64,000 nt of DNA from assembly GCF_009914755.1 (NCBI RefSeq), contig NC_060928.1; one strand, 5' to 3'. A program made the position numbers and the translations under genes. This DNA comes from the human T2T-CHM13v2.0 reference genome, Homo sapiens. Below are positions 27,355-41,339 of the stretch, one piece after another. The stretch's first letter is position 1. Each line of letters begins with the position of its first letter. Under the pieces are notes generated by a model, which saw nothing but the letters and a program-made list of their open reading frames with translations, ran no database searches and was not told the origin of the DNA.

Positions 27355-28021
27355 CTAGAGAGAATCAGAACATGCCATCCCAAAATATGCCACTTTATTA
27401 TATGTATATTTTGAGCTGAAGGCAACTGAAAGTCAGCAGATGCAGAAAGAAAATTTCTCAGAGCAGAGCTTTCCTTATCTGACCAAAAGCAAAAACTTCT
27501 GAGAAATGAGAACTACCATAAATCCTCTCTCCAGAAGAGTTTTATGTCCCTGAAGAAGATGGAAAGAGCATATTCATACTCATATATACAAACATTATCA
27601 CAAACTTTCAGGGTCTCACTCTGTCGCCCAGGCTGGAATGTAGTGGCATAATCATGGCTCACTGAAGCAAAATTTCTGGGCTTCAAGCAATCCTCCCGTC
27701 TCAGCCTATTCCCACTCCCATCACTGGGATTATAGCCATGAGCTACCCACTAAGGCAGGCAATTATCACAAACTTTTAATCTCCTGGAAGCTCACTTGTG
27801 TTTCTTAAGGAAACCCATCTGCTTTTCTCTCAGAAGCCTTTTCCTCCCCCTCCCTTTTTTCTACTAAATTATGTATGAAGTCTTTAACAATTTAATGACA
27901 TTTGTGCTGGCTTCTGTAAGCATAACATTTTTCTCCTGTTTATCTGGTTTTTGTCAGTTTAATTCATAAGTTCCAGCCACTGAATTTGGGAGGGTAGAAG
28001 AAAAGTTTTTTCTCTCTTACA
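27355..28021 (+). mobile_element. MER34-family ERV1 solo LTR
   Basis: CAGAACATGCCATCCCAAAATATGCC...TTTTGAGCTGAAGGCAA start; GAGGGTAGAAGAAAAG...CTTACA end. Confidence 0.8.
27609..27761 (-). mobile_element. Alu monomer (FRAM/AluJ-like) lacking an A-tail
   Basis: Perfect 15-bp TSD ATTATCACAAACTTT at 27594-27608 and 27762-27776. Confidence 0.85.
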
Positions 28022-28587
28022 CTTCCTATTTTTTTGTTCTTTCATTGTTGTTATTTTCTTCCTTTTTGAGGGGGTGGGAGAGGAAATTAATACAAGTTCT
28101 TTAGAATTCCATTTTAATGTCTATTGTAATTTTAGCTGTTTCCTCTTGTATTATTTTTCTAGTGGTTGCTCTAGGAAGTACAATATGCAACCTTAACTTT
28201 TCAATGTCTACCTCGAATTGAAATTGTATTATATCACCTAAAATGTAAGCAACTTGCAATCACCTAGGTTCATTTATCCTCTCTTCTTTTCACATTGCAA
28301 TGTAAAAACATAATTTTTGCTTCAAACCCTCATATGTACTTTAACGAAATTAGAAGAAAAACTTTGTCTTGCATGTTTACCCATAATTTCATTTTCATTC
28401 TTCTTTCTGAAAAATGCAAGTCTCTCTTGATTATCACTTCCTTTCAGCCTGAAAAGCATTTTTTTTGATAGTCAGTTAGTACAGATCTGCTAGTAACAAC
28501 TTCTTTCAGTTTTCTTTTATCTGAAAATGTCTTTATTTTGCCTTTATTCTTGAGGGATATTTTGCTGGATATAGAAGTTAGGGTTGT

Positions 28588-28623
28588 GTTGCTTCTCTGC
28601 CTTTTAGCTAAGATCGAGTGTAG
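28588..28623 (+). pseudogene. U2 snRNA 5' fragment (nt 1-36), tailless retropseudogene
   Basis: GTTGCTTCTCTGCCTTTTAGCTAAGATCGAGTGTAG matches U2 ATCGCTTCTCGGCCTTTTGGCTAAGATCAAGTGTAG at 31/36; TSD TAGAAGTTAGGGTTGT / TAGAATTCAGGGTTGT. Confidence 0.9.
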
Positions 28624-28910
28624 AATTCAGGGTTGTCAATTTTATTATCTATCTACCTTTTAAAGATCATTATTCTCTTCTGGCTTTTAATGTTCCAGAT
28701 TAAAAATCAGTGATAATTAAAATCATTTTTCCTCTATGTGAAATATATCATTTTTTTTTCCTGTAGCTGTTAAGATTTGTTTAAGCTTTAGTTGTCAGAA
28801 GTTTAACTATCATGTGCCTAGTTGTTGGCTTATCTGTATGTTTTCTGTTTGGAATTTGCTGAGCTTCTTGAATTTGTAGATTTATGTCCTTCATCAAAAG
28901 GAAAATCACT

Positions 28911-29304
<394 letters not shown>

Positions 29305-29688
29305 TCATATGCTCCTGAGCCTCTGTACATTTCTTAGCAATCTTTTTTTCTCTCTGGCCTTCAGATTAGATCATTTTTAATAGATCTTTCTTCAAGTTCA
29401 GCACGCCTTTCTTCTGCCATTTCCAATCTGCTGATAAGTCCATCTAGTGATTTCTTCCATTTTAGATATTCTGTTTTTCAGTTTCAGAATTTCATTTTTA
29501 TTCTTTTAAAATACTTTCTATTTCTTTACTGAGATGTCCTATATTTTCATTTATTATGAGAATATTCTTTACATTTTAAATATGTTTATAATAGCCACTT
29601 TAAAAATTTTGCCTGCTGATTCTAACATTCTGGTCATCTTGGGATTGGTTTCTACTGACTACCTTTCTCTTAAATCTGAGACGTATTT

Positions 29689-30006
29689 TCTTGTTTTTTT
29701 TTTTCTTGTTTATTTTTATTTTTATTTTAGATGGGGTCTCGCTCTGTCACCCAGGCTGGAGTGCAGTGGTGCGATCTCGGCTCACTGCAACCTCTGCCTC
29801 CCAGGTTCAAACAATTCTCTGCCTCAGCCTCCCGAGTAGCTGGGATTACAAGCACCTGGCATCACGCCCAGCTAATTTTTGTATTTTTAGTAGAGACAGG
29901 GTTTCACCATCTGGGCCAGGCAGGTCTTGAACTCCTGACCTTGTGATCCACCTGCCTCAGACTCCCAAAGTGCTGGGATTAAAGGGGTGAGCCACTGCAC
30001 CAGGCC
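29689..30006 (-). mobile_element. AluS (Sg-like)
   Basis: Antisense dimer with CTCCTGACCTTGTGATCC; TSD TTTCTTGTTT. Confidence 0.9.
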
Positions 30007-30659
30007 TTTCTTGTTTCTTTGTATAGCCCATAATTTTATGTGGTATCCTGGTCATTAAAAAATGATACATTAAAGAGACTCTGAATTCTCTTATTTTCCC
30101 TTAGAGAATATCAATATGTTGTTGTAACAGATAGTTAACTTGGCTGAACTCAAGCTCCAAATTCTAATATCGAATTTAGTTCTTTTAGCTTTAGGTGCAC
30201 TGCCTGGAATCTGCTCTACACAGGCATTCTTCAGTGTCACCCAGAAATGTAAGCAGGCTTTCTGTAGAGAATTTGTAGCTCCCTTTATGTGACTCTCCTT
30301 TCTGGGATTACCCCCACTCACTTTACAATTGCCAAGGTCCCCCCAAATCTGTCCTGAAGTTAATTAAGCCTATGAGGTTATACAGCTACTGTCTAGGTTT
30401 TAGTGGCCCTTGTTTGTTACAGATTGGGATCTGCTCTCAGATTAAAAGCTCCAAAGACAGGAAACTCACTCAGTGCCCTTCCCTTCTTTCAAGTGTCAGC
30501 CTCCTGTCCCAAGTGTCTGCCTGCGATTATTTCTTTCCCATTATGTTCAGGAAATTGCTTATTATATTTATACTTGTTATTTTCCTGAAAGTTGGTATTT
30601 GTGAGGCAGAACCTACCAGGCCAAGCATGTTGGAACTTTCTGTGACCTATCACTAGAAT

Positions 30660-31360
30660 CTCACTTCTTCCCACCACTTGCACCCTTACCCAAAATGCCA
30701 TCATCTTTCACTTGAATTATTATCATATTCCTAAGTGGTGCACAGTTTCTGTTCTTTTCCTCCTATAGGCTTTTTTTTTTTTTAATCACAGAAGTCAGAG
30801 TAACCCCATTTGAGTCATGTCAGCTCATAATCTTGCAATGTTTTCCTATCTCCCTGAGAGTGAGAGCCAACACCTATAACCTGGCCACAAAGCTCCACAC
30901 AATCTGGTTCCCAGTAGTAGCTGTGATCTCTTCTCCTGCCACTGCCCCCATGCTCAGTTCACTCCAGGCAGTCACAATGACCACATCATTCTTCCTCAAA
31001 CACCCCGACTCACTGCCCCCTTGGAGACTGTGTGCTTGTTCTTCCTGGCTCATGAAATATTTGTTCCCAAGATATTTGCTTGACTCACATCTCCTTCAAA
31101 TATTTGACTCACATAACTTTCCCATTGAATTCTCTGATCATCCTATTTTAATCCTATCTCTTTAGTTTCATACTCCCCACTCTCTTTGCCTAATTTTCAT
31201 CATCATCATATGTCCTATTTATTTGTTGATATTTTGTCTCTGCCAGTACAATATAAGTTTCATGAGAACATATATCTTTGTCTGTTGATTCATTAAGGCA
31301 TGCCAAATGCCTAAAACAGTTTTAGGTGTAGAGAAGGCATTTGTAGACTGTTTTGAACAT
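30660..31360 (+). mobile_element. L2a 3' region
   Basis: Pyrimidine-rich L2 sequence ending ATGCCTAAAACAGTTTTAGG. Confidence 0.75.
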
Positions 31361-31879
31361 ATTAGGTAAGTGGAAGGGCTGAATCTTAATTACCCTGGCA
31401 TGGGCTTCAGCATCTAGAAAAATTCCTAGCACATAATTTTCAATTTAAAAATATCCTTGAATTTGTAAGTGAATAAATCAATAAATGGGTAGCCCAATAA
31501 TCCTTTCTGGGCCACAAATTCTTCATTTTTTCTAGGTATCTTGTATTTATGCATAATATTAAAACTTTCCTTCTAGATAACCTTAATGCACTCGTTTAAA
31601 GAATAATTTCCTTATTACAGTTGCAATTATCTGAAAAAAGCCTATGTACAAGTGAGTAAATAGGCAGCTGCCTTATCATAGTAATAGATTGTGAACTTCA
31701 TACATTCTGCCATTAACCAATATCCTTTCAGTCTCAATAATTTGTTGATGATCTTAAGTGTGCCTTATTTTGAGTGAAATTTAATAGATATTAAATTGAC
31801 TAAAATTCTAGAAGACTCTACTTAAGTGATGTGTTAACAACCATTGTTCAATAAAAGCAAGGGTCTCTACTTATGTGTG

Positions 31880-32080
31880 GTGAAAGGAACCTGAATTTGG
31901 GGGCAAGATGGATTTGATTAGAATCCTGGTCTGCCCAACCCAAGACAAGGGGCGTGACCTTGGGCTCCCTGCTGAGCATGTGTCTCATCTGTAAAATGAG
32001 GGTGATACACTACCTACCTATTACATTTATTGAAAGAACTGCATAAAATAATGTACGTAACATGCCTGATATACAACTGA
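31880..32080 (+). mobile_element. MIR
   Basis: GTGACCTTGGGC...CTCATCTGTAAAATGAGGGTGATA core. Confidence 0.8.
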
Positions 32081-32476
32081 TTTTCAAAAATTGTCTTTCA
32101 TTTTACTTATCTCCACTCCATTTTATTGTTTCTCTTATTTGTTTGTTTCATTTCTGCTCTTGGGCATTTAAGCTCTTTTTGTCATTAGCATTAAAGACTA
32201 AATCTACAAACTTTATCAAGCTAAGAAAAATCGTCCTCAGAGAGATTAAATGAAGCCTGAATTGCAAAGTCATTACTAATGATTTCAGCAGATTCCTGCA
32301 GGAGCCTAACTTTCAGTAGTCTTAGGGGTGCCAAAAAAAATATGCTTGCAAGTCATTTGTTTTGACCAGATAACCTACTGATGCTCCTAAAAGTTCATCA
32401 GCTTTTTTTTTAAGAAACATAAAAAGAAGCATTATTATTTTGTAGCCAGCCTCTTTAAGGGAAAAACAGATTAAGT

Positions 32477-32550
32477 AGTGTATCAAGCTTTCTCTAAGAA
32501 CTGGCTTTGCCCCAGTGTATCAAGCTTTCTCTAAGAACTGGCTTTGCCCC
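32477..32550. repeat. Perfect 37-bp tandem duplication
   Basis: AGTGTATCAAGCTTTCTCTAAGAACTGGCTTTGCCCC x2. Confidence 0.97.
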
Positions 32551-35469
32551 AAGGGGAAGGGTTTCTAGGTAGCTAGACTCTAAATATTTGCTGAATAAAT
32601 GAAAGAATAAATACATGTTTGAATTATTTAATTAATATAGTTGCTGAGGCCAATGAGCGTCTCTGTGGTTTTGGTCTTTCAACAGCCACTTAGCAGAAAA
32701 AGGAGAGATATAGAGACAGCCTGTTGAGCTGTGCAGGGTGTGACTGGTCTTCTAAACTTGGCACTCAAACTGGAAGGCTATATCACTGTTTTGCTACCTG
32801 TTGCCATAGTAATCATGGGTATGGCCATGATACCTGAAGACTAATGTCAAAATTTCCCCCCAGTTTTCTGATTGAATTTTTTACCCTTAATCTCAAAAAT
32901 GTTACTCTCCTCTTTTATTCTTATCATGCTGACATATATTTGCTTTTATATTTTTCTCGAAAGCTGGTCTGCAGTAGCTAATGAGATAGTAGCATACATG
33001 AAAAGGAGGAATCCTAGAAGTAATTTCCTTTATGAAAATTATGTGTTTCATCTCTCTTTCTTTGTGCTTAACACAATACTTCTTGGTTTAAGAATATCTC
33101 TTTCAAATGTTAGGCCAAGTTTCATGAGGATTCTTTCATTGAACTCTATTTAGTGTTGACTTAAGATAAGGAATTGAAACTTCATTCCTTAAGACTTGAT
33201 GTCTTCCTCCTAAGTACATTTCAATTCACGTGACTTCAGAGACTGCCCTTAATAGGACTAACATGAAAGTAAATTCATGAATTCTGTAATATTATTTACG
33301 GTAATTCAAATTCCCTTATACTGTACTTCTTCTAAATGATGCAGTTACCAAAGACCCAATAGGACTTGCAGGCCTACTATCAAGACATTTTCAACAGTGA
33401 CTCCAAGAAAAGAACAATCATGATAATCTGACATTTTTTTTTCTCAGTTCATGGCATTTATTTTCAATCTTTATCACACATGCCTGTTTCCTCATTTACA
33501 AATTATTAGAAACAATAGTACCCATTATGAATTATTACTACGAAGCAAACAAGCTAATATATGCAAGATGATTAGAAATGTTAGTCATTACTATTCTGTT
33601 TATCTTTATTCAGCCAGATGATGTTTTCTATTTTTAATATATTTTCCTATTTCATGGAGAAAAAAGTTCACTGTTGTTTCTGTCCCAAAACCCTCAATCC
33701 CAAATCATGACTGCATTACCTTCTCTAAACTTTATTGGTAGAAGTTAGCTGCTTGTCAAAGTTTCAAACAAACAAGCTTAGGAAGGAAGAGAAAAATATA
33801 AGTGGAAGAATTAAAGTAACATAACAAGGACCTGCATTTATTAATATTGTATTATAAGCTCACAGTATACAGGGATTGTGTCATCCATATATTTATTATT
33901 CACAGCATGTACAGCATTGTCTTGTGTATGATTAGTGTGTAAAAAATCTGAGTGAAAACAGGATGACTGAATAAAGGAGATAATAAATGAATGACAGTTG
34001 CCAAATGCCCTTAAAGCCTTGTAAAATGTTTGTTCAAAGAAGAGTTAGAAATATAGTAAACAAGACTTGGCAATTATCCATAAATTGAATTTGTTCAGGT
34101 TTTCCTTTCTTCCAGAAGTTATCATACTAATCAGAAACTGTTACATTCATATATCAGAGTCATCAAAATAAAGTCATCGAAGAAAGGAAGATAGAATAGA
34201 TAGAGAAACTTTTCTGGTAAATTCTATGACAAATTATGATTGGAGTCTTATAAGTAGTCTTATATTTTTAAAATTCTAAACTTCAGAACTTTTGAAATAT
34301 AACAATCATTTTATTGAAAAATAAAAGAAAGGCTAACAGTGTGCTTTAGATAAAGTTTTTCACATAATCATGCTTATCCACTGACAGTTTCCTCTTCATA
34401 CTTGTGCAATATAGAAGGAAACAGAGATACTTGGAAGTGCTCAGCCCGGGGAATAAGCTACAGGATGAAATGGCCCACGCTAGGAACCATCTACTTTACC
34501 CAGTGATACACAATGGAAAATAAACCTGTCTTAAAAAAAAAAAAAATGGGAACATAACAGGTGTTTGGTTGATTCTAGAATAAAATGCAAATTTTGAACA
34601 ACTACGATTAAACTTTAGAAATTCAAGGTCTTTCCTACTTTCAATTTCTACCTAGGTTCCCAGAACTTCTCTCCTACAGACCCCCCAACCCCCAGCTCCC
34701 TACACAGACATTTGCACTTCTCTCTAAACACTGCTCAAAAGCAGCATTTCTCAAACTTTCTCTGATCAGGATTCACTGAGCCGAAAGGAAAACCAAAGAA
34801 AATATGGTCTACTTCACTGATTCTAGCATTGAAGAAAGCTTTGTGATGGGAACAATTAGGGAGGAATAATTATAATAGCAGCATTTCAGCAATTACGCAG
34901 GAACAAAGCCATCAGGAAAAGTGTAACCTAGGAATAATTCTATACATAAATTAAATAATGCAAAAATAGGAGCAACTGAAAACCATAGCTAGCTTAAAAC
35001 AATCCTAAAATTATAACAAGGTTAGAGAATCTTCTCTGAAAATTCGGGCAATCCCAACAATCTAAGTGTGCGTTAAAAGTTCTTGCTAAGCATTGCTTGA
35101 CAGTGGGATTTCTTAGCAGAATATTAAATTAGGACCCTCAAATTTTAGAAGGGTAATATTTTAATTTGTGAATATCAAATTTTTAAATTATTAATAATGC
35201 ACTTGGAAGATTACTCACAGCTAGGTAATATTTATTTGAATATAAATATAAGCATATATTGAATTCCCAAACTTTTTCCACTCCTAAAAAACTGAGAAAC
35301 AGACTTTCTGAACTGCTCTTGGGCTTCAGACTATGCTGAGATGAAAACACAGCTGTAGTTCAGGGGCTTCGTCACAGATAATATGCATTTTGGTGTCACC
35401 TACTGGCATGATGTGACATGACATGACAGAAGTTTATGAGCCAAAGCATTTAAAATAGTAATGGTGCAT

Positions 35470-35815
35470 TGTTCTGTGTCAAACACTGCGTCAGGCACAA
35501 AAGGTACAGTAGTAAGCAAAATAAACTACTACTTCCACTATCAGGGGAGGCAAATATTAATAAAATAATCACAAAAGTAGAGGCAAGATGGAACGGTCCT
35601 AATCTTGGGGATCAGAGAGTGCTGAGGCTGAAGGCAGGGTCTAAGTTCTCTAGGCAAACAGAGGAAATAGGGAGATGAAGGGGAGAAGACTGCGTAGGGG
35701 ACTGGACAGGAGGGAGCCTGGCATGTTTGAAGAAGTGAGGGAAGCCATGGTGGCTGGAACCCAGAAAACTGAAGGGAAAGGAGGGTAGGAGTGGTGAAAC
35801 ATGAAGCTGAAGAGA
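35470..35815 (-). mobile_element. L2 fragment
   Basis: GGGAGCCTGGCATGTTTGAAGAAG...GCCATGGTGGCTGGA antisense L2. Confidence 0.65.
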
Positions 35816-35989
35816 TAATAATAGTAGTTGTAGTAATAAGATGCTCTTTCATGGATAATTCTCTATCATGGCTTCACAGAGAGCTCCAACCTGTTAATGT
35901 TCAATTTAATTGTATTGAACAGCTACAAAGGACCACATTCTATAGCTGCAATGTTCTCATCTTCAAGGTCATTGGAAAATGTTGTTATC

Positions 35990-36600
35990 AAAATTAAGGG
36001 TGTAGCTCAATAAACTGACAAACTCAAGATTCAAAATTGTTTTTAACAACCAGGAGTTGGGGGTTAAAACAAACAAGTTGAAAGTTAAAAAAAAATAAAG
36101 TCCTTCATGTAAGGTGAAAACAAAAATATGCAAAATATGGTAGCAACCTGGCTTATAAAAAAGATATGGAAATTTTAGTTGGCCTCAGGTTCAATATATG
36201 TTAAAAGTGTGAAAAGACACGGAATATTAACTTATGATTTTTTTAAGTACCTTTTCTGGATCAAGGGAGGTAAGAGTCAAGAGGAGTCTTTGCAGTTCTC
36301 TGTGCTACATTTTAAGGATTTTGACCAACTAGAAAAAAATGACCTGTGTAATGAAGAGTTTAAATGCATGCCAAATGAGAGTCTTAGCTTGAGGGTAAAG
36401 GGCCTATGGAAGACTTGATAAGTTTTTCAAATACTGGAAAACTTGTGATGTGAAAAGAGTGAATTCCTCCAGTGTAAAGAACAGAACAAAGGCAAGTGGA
36501 GAGACACTACCAAGGGTGGAACTTACAATGAAAGCTTCTGGAAAACAATAAGCTTATACAAATATATACTGTTTTAATAATGGTGAGGCACCAGTGGTTG
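35990..36600 (+). mobile_element. CR1/L3 LINE fragment
   Basis: GCAGTTCTCTGTGCTACATTTTAAGGA...GACCAACTAGA; TTAGCTTGAGG...GGAAGACTTGATAAGTTTTTCAAATA. Confidence 0.65.
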
Positions 36601-38376
36601 TTATTTCTGAGGCCAGCATCCTATGCAGTGTAAAAGCCCAAAGATGAATGGAGAAACACGGCTCCTATTTTCTGTTCTACCTGACGGCACAAGGTGCCAA
36701 TGATGCATTACTCATCAATGACCCCTGGCTTCAAAACGAAATAGACAATAACGCAGAAAAAACAGAAGACAACCTAATTGTATAAACTGAAGACAGTAGA
36801 AGATAAGCACTCAAAGACAGAGAATAGAATGACAAAGGAAAAAAGAAATGTTTTCTTTTATTTTCTCATTTTACTCTCTCCTCTGCTTTTTTAACCTACA
36901 TTCTTGTTTTTATTTTTCAACTATCATCTTCTGCTTCTTAAAGAATGGTGACAGTCTTGCTTAGTGAGTTCCAGGACTCGTGGGATTTTAAAGAGATAAC
37001 TTGAGAACCACAATAACCACAAAGTTTATGTAGCAATAAACATCCTAACATACTGCACAAAGTGAGAACAAAATGAAGTCAAAGTACAGTTTAAATATAC
37101 TGATGGAAAATTAATTTACAATGAGTCACTAAAGGGAACTGGGGACACATCCTGTCAAGATGACCTCATTGAATCCACACTTCTCTCTCCTATACAAAGG
37201 CCCTTGGTTCTTTCCTAACCACAACAAAATTATAGTATAATATTTTAAAATAGGTGAATGCCTGGTGGGCCAGACCTAATTTTGAGCTTCCAGTATTTCC
37301 TCTTCTCTTCTTTTCTTAGAAACTACCTTAGAAAAAAGTATTTCTAAGCAAGCAAAGCCTGCATTTGTCAGTGTGAGCTAAAGTTACCTGTTCTGTTGAA
37401 CGAAAGGATTGTAGCCTAGGTTTGCTAATTTAGACACAGTTGAATATAATGAGCAGATAAAGACGAGGAGCTGCAATTGGTGGTAAGAAGGAACAGGATT
37501 GTTGTGTCATAGGCATAAATGTATCTTAGCTATTTTTAAAATATAGAAATAATTATTGGTTCCTGAGAAGAAGCCGATGGTTAGTTGGTCAGTGGATTAC
37601 TTCCTGTTGAACATTAGATGATATACCAAATGCTGGGTTAAGTCCAAAACAGTTTTACCTCAGATCAGTCTGACGGCTTTGAGGAAAGGAGGAGGCAGTC
37701 ACATCTTATGATTTTTGCGAGGAAATATCATTTCTGATATTACCTTGAGTTTGGAAGATGAAAGAAGACTATGTGAAATATTAAGCTTTCCAAATTATAG
37801 ATTCTTTGGCCATGTGAAAAAACAAGCATCATTCTTCATGGCCTCACCCTGTATTAGCTGTGACTTGCATAAAATGGCTAAGCTTCTCTACACAGTCCTG
37901 ATGACTTGTTGAGGTTGTTCTCCAAAGAGAAAATAAAGTGACTGTTTCACAGGCAGAAGATCTGGTCCAATGCAATTTAACTTGTAGAGTATGGAGGAGC
38001 ATACATTCTAACAATTATAAAATGACTTGTAATAGCATTATTGTGTAATGTACTTTCACATTTGTGGTGATGTTCCCCATCACTTACTTGTGATTTCTAC
38101 ACCTGTTAACATGTGTTGAAACATCTTCTCAGTACACATTTTACTTTTTTCTATAGACTGTAAAGGAGGCAAAAATTAAATGCTTCCTTAAGCTTGGAAA
38201 CAATATTGTTCTCCAAGAGCAAATGTAGAATCAAGACGTCATAAGGCAGAAAAGTACATAAATATCCTAAAGAAACAAATGGTTCCCAGGTTGTCAAAAG
38301 CTGATTGTAACTTGACAGGATACATTAACATAGCAACAACAAAAAAAGAACATGACTATCAGAGGGAGGAAATCAT

Positions 38377-38760
38377 TGTATCAGTCAAGGATCAGTACTG
38401 GAAATTGAAACTGCTACCAAAACTCTTTCATTCAAGGACATGCCACTAGAGCTGTGATGAAGGAGTCAAAAAGCTGCCACTACTGCAAATAGATTTCAAA
38501 GCAGGAGACTGGATGCTGGAACTCTGTTACTAGCAGAAAACAGCACAGAAAAAAGCATCAGAAAACAAAAATGGCCTTAGCCTCCTATGTCTCCCAAATG
38601 TTGCACAAATGAACACACTGGAAGAATCTACTTCACCTCCAGACCCCTAGTTATACAGAATGGGAACTAATTCTTACCTTTCCAAACTCTGTAGGGCAGA
38701 AATGCCCACTAGAAGGAGGTAAGAATAGATGCTCAGAGCTAGTCCACCCTATCTGTGAAG
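38377..38760. mobile_element. Possible ancient LTR (MLT1/LTR78-like)
   Basis: TGTATCAGTCAAGGATCAG terminus-like start and degenerate LTR-like body. Confidence 0.35.
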
Positions 38761-38998
38761 GTCATCAAGTGCCCTCCAAGGAACTAGTGTTGCTTACCTT
38801 CTGATTTAGAGATGGGTGTTTTAAATGTACAATTTTTAAAAAACATTTATATCAAAGAACTAACTCTCTCTGATTGGATTTCATGTTCACCTGGCAACCT
38901 TCTGATTATAAATTTATTTCCTGGGTACCTTGCCTACTGGGAGAGAATATACTAGGCAAAGGATCCTAGTCTTTTGGGGATTATATTTCACATTTTAA

Positions 38999-39346
<348 letters not shown>

Positions 39347-40159
39347 CCATGTATTTTAAAAGAACCTTAAAGAAAAAGAAGCACCACCACATTAAATGAA
39401 TTTCTCCATTGTAAGAAGCGTCTTCATTTTAATAATGTTGAAATGCTTAAAAAATTGCAATTCAGCATTATTAAGAAATACAATAAAATTTGCACCCTGA
39501 TTTTATAATTTTTTTTAGGTTAACTAAATCTATTCTAAGAACCAGATCCATTTCCATTATGTTTATGTATCCTGATTCCTAAGGCAATACAGCCAAAGGC
39601 CAGGCCCTAGACTGTGGTACTTTCATCAGGAGAGTAGTATCCTGTTCAGACCCCTCTTGGTGACCAGCACACTTTGAGATTACATCTCTCTCTGGCCTTT
39701 TGTTCATATTGCCTGTCCGTGCAGAGTTATAACAGTTTTTAGTCAATGTCCACTTATGCAGTGAAGTTTGGTAAGGCAAAAGGCAGATCCTTCCTACCTT
39801 ACATAAACAGAAATAACACAGCCTCAGAGGCAGTAGTTCCTATGCCTATGATGCAATACTATTCTTATCTTTGTTACTTTACTGTTTCACATGTACCTGG
39901 GGTAATGATTATCACGGGTACATGAGATACCATTAAAAAGAAAAACTGATCAAATGAGGACGGATACCAACCAGCACCATCTGTAGTTATTTACCGAAAA
40001 GCCAGGAGCTGCAAGTTTGAAAGGTCATTTAAAAATAAAATATCAAGCAAGTATAATAGCTCATACCCAGGCTTAATTACCTAGGAAATATGCCAAGTGG
40101 CTTCAAAGATATTATATGTGCATGTTTACATATTATCTTATTTAAATACATGGGAAGCT

Positions 40160-40370
40160 ATGGGTTCAAATCTCAGTATTGCCTCTTGTTATTCACATGG
40201 CTTTTGGCAAGTTATTAATGTAACTAAATCTGTTTCTTCATTATAAAATGGAGATAGCAATATCTACCTCATAGGGTCATTTTAATTATGAAAATGAAGT
40301 AATATAGGTAGAATGCTTAGTACAGGGTTTGGCAATAAGATATACTTAATATTGAGGAGTTACTGTTATA
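40160..40370 (+). mobile_element. MIR
   Basis: GGGTTCAAATCTCAG...GGCAAGTTATTAA...TAAAATGGAGATAGCAATATCTACCTCATAGGG. Confidence 0.82.
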
Positions 40371-41339
40371 ATTATTAATAAGCACATAATTGTTTGGGAA
40401 GGAAGCTGACACATAGCACAATATGAATCAAAGATGAAATGTCATTCAGTGGAAGAGAACACATAATTGTGGACTTGAGTAGGGTCTATTCTGTCTGTGG
40501 CTGAGTTTAATAAAGAGTTATTTCATGTGGCAGGAGATCCTCTGTATATGGGCAGGAGGAGGATTTCCAAGCATGCAGGAAAGATGGGAAGCTGCAAATA
40601 ATTTTTGTTAGGGACCTTGAAGTGAGCTACCTCTCACACTGTAAATAATTATAACATCTTCCATCAACCAGCTTTCAGAAGACCACTGTTGCGCTGGTCC
40701 TATTTAAACCTCTCTGGAAGAAATCAGGGAATTTCCACTGGCATTTTTATTTGGTTTATAGTCTCAAATTGGGTTTAGGTGCAAATAACACTTACCTTGA
40801 AGAATTTATCTCAGTCTTACTTACCTATTTTATATGATTTTTCCTCCAATCCTGAACCTAATTGAAGGAGCAGCATTCTCACAGGTATTATTTCTCAAAG
40901 AGAAATTCATAATAGAGTACGCAAATCCCTGAAAATGACCGAGATAAGAGAAGATGCAGACAAAAACACAGACACAACTGAATAAAAACTGCAAAACAAC
41001 CAGGGTCAGGAATTAATAGAGACTTCAATAAAAGAGAGAACAAATCCCTCAAGTTCATCTGTTCATCCCCAGCCTTCTGTGGTGAGCTGCTTGAGTTCAG
41101 TGCTTTGGCTAGTTTTATATGGGAGAAAGTGCTGGGCTGGCTTTGAGCAAAAGGGAAGTCATCTCTTCTCTTATGAGTCACATATAGGACGTGTCTTTAT
41201 GGCCTGCAAAACTGTGAAGACACTTCCATATCTCTTCTTCCCTGTTTCATGCCTGGCCACAGCTATTGGTCTCATTGAAACGATTTCTAACTCTACATTT
41301 TTAAGTCTGATGCTCAATTGAGCTGTAGTTTTATGTGCC

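Noticed and set aside
36683-36730. Possible short minus-strand exon
   Set aside because: Weak donor (GTAGAA) and no recognisable coding signal
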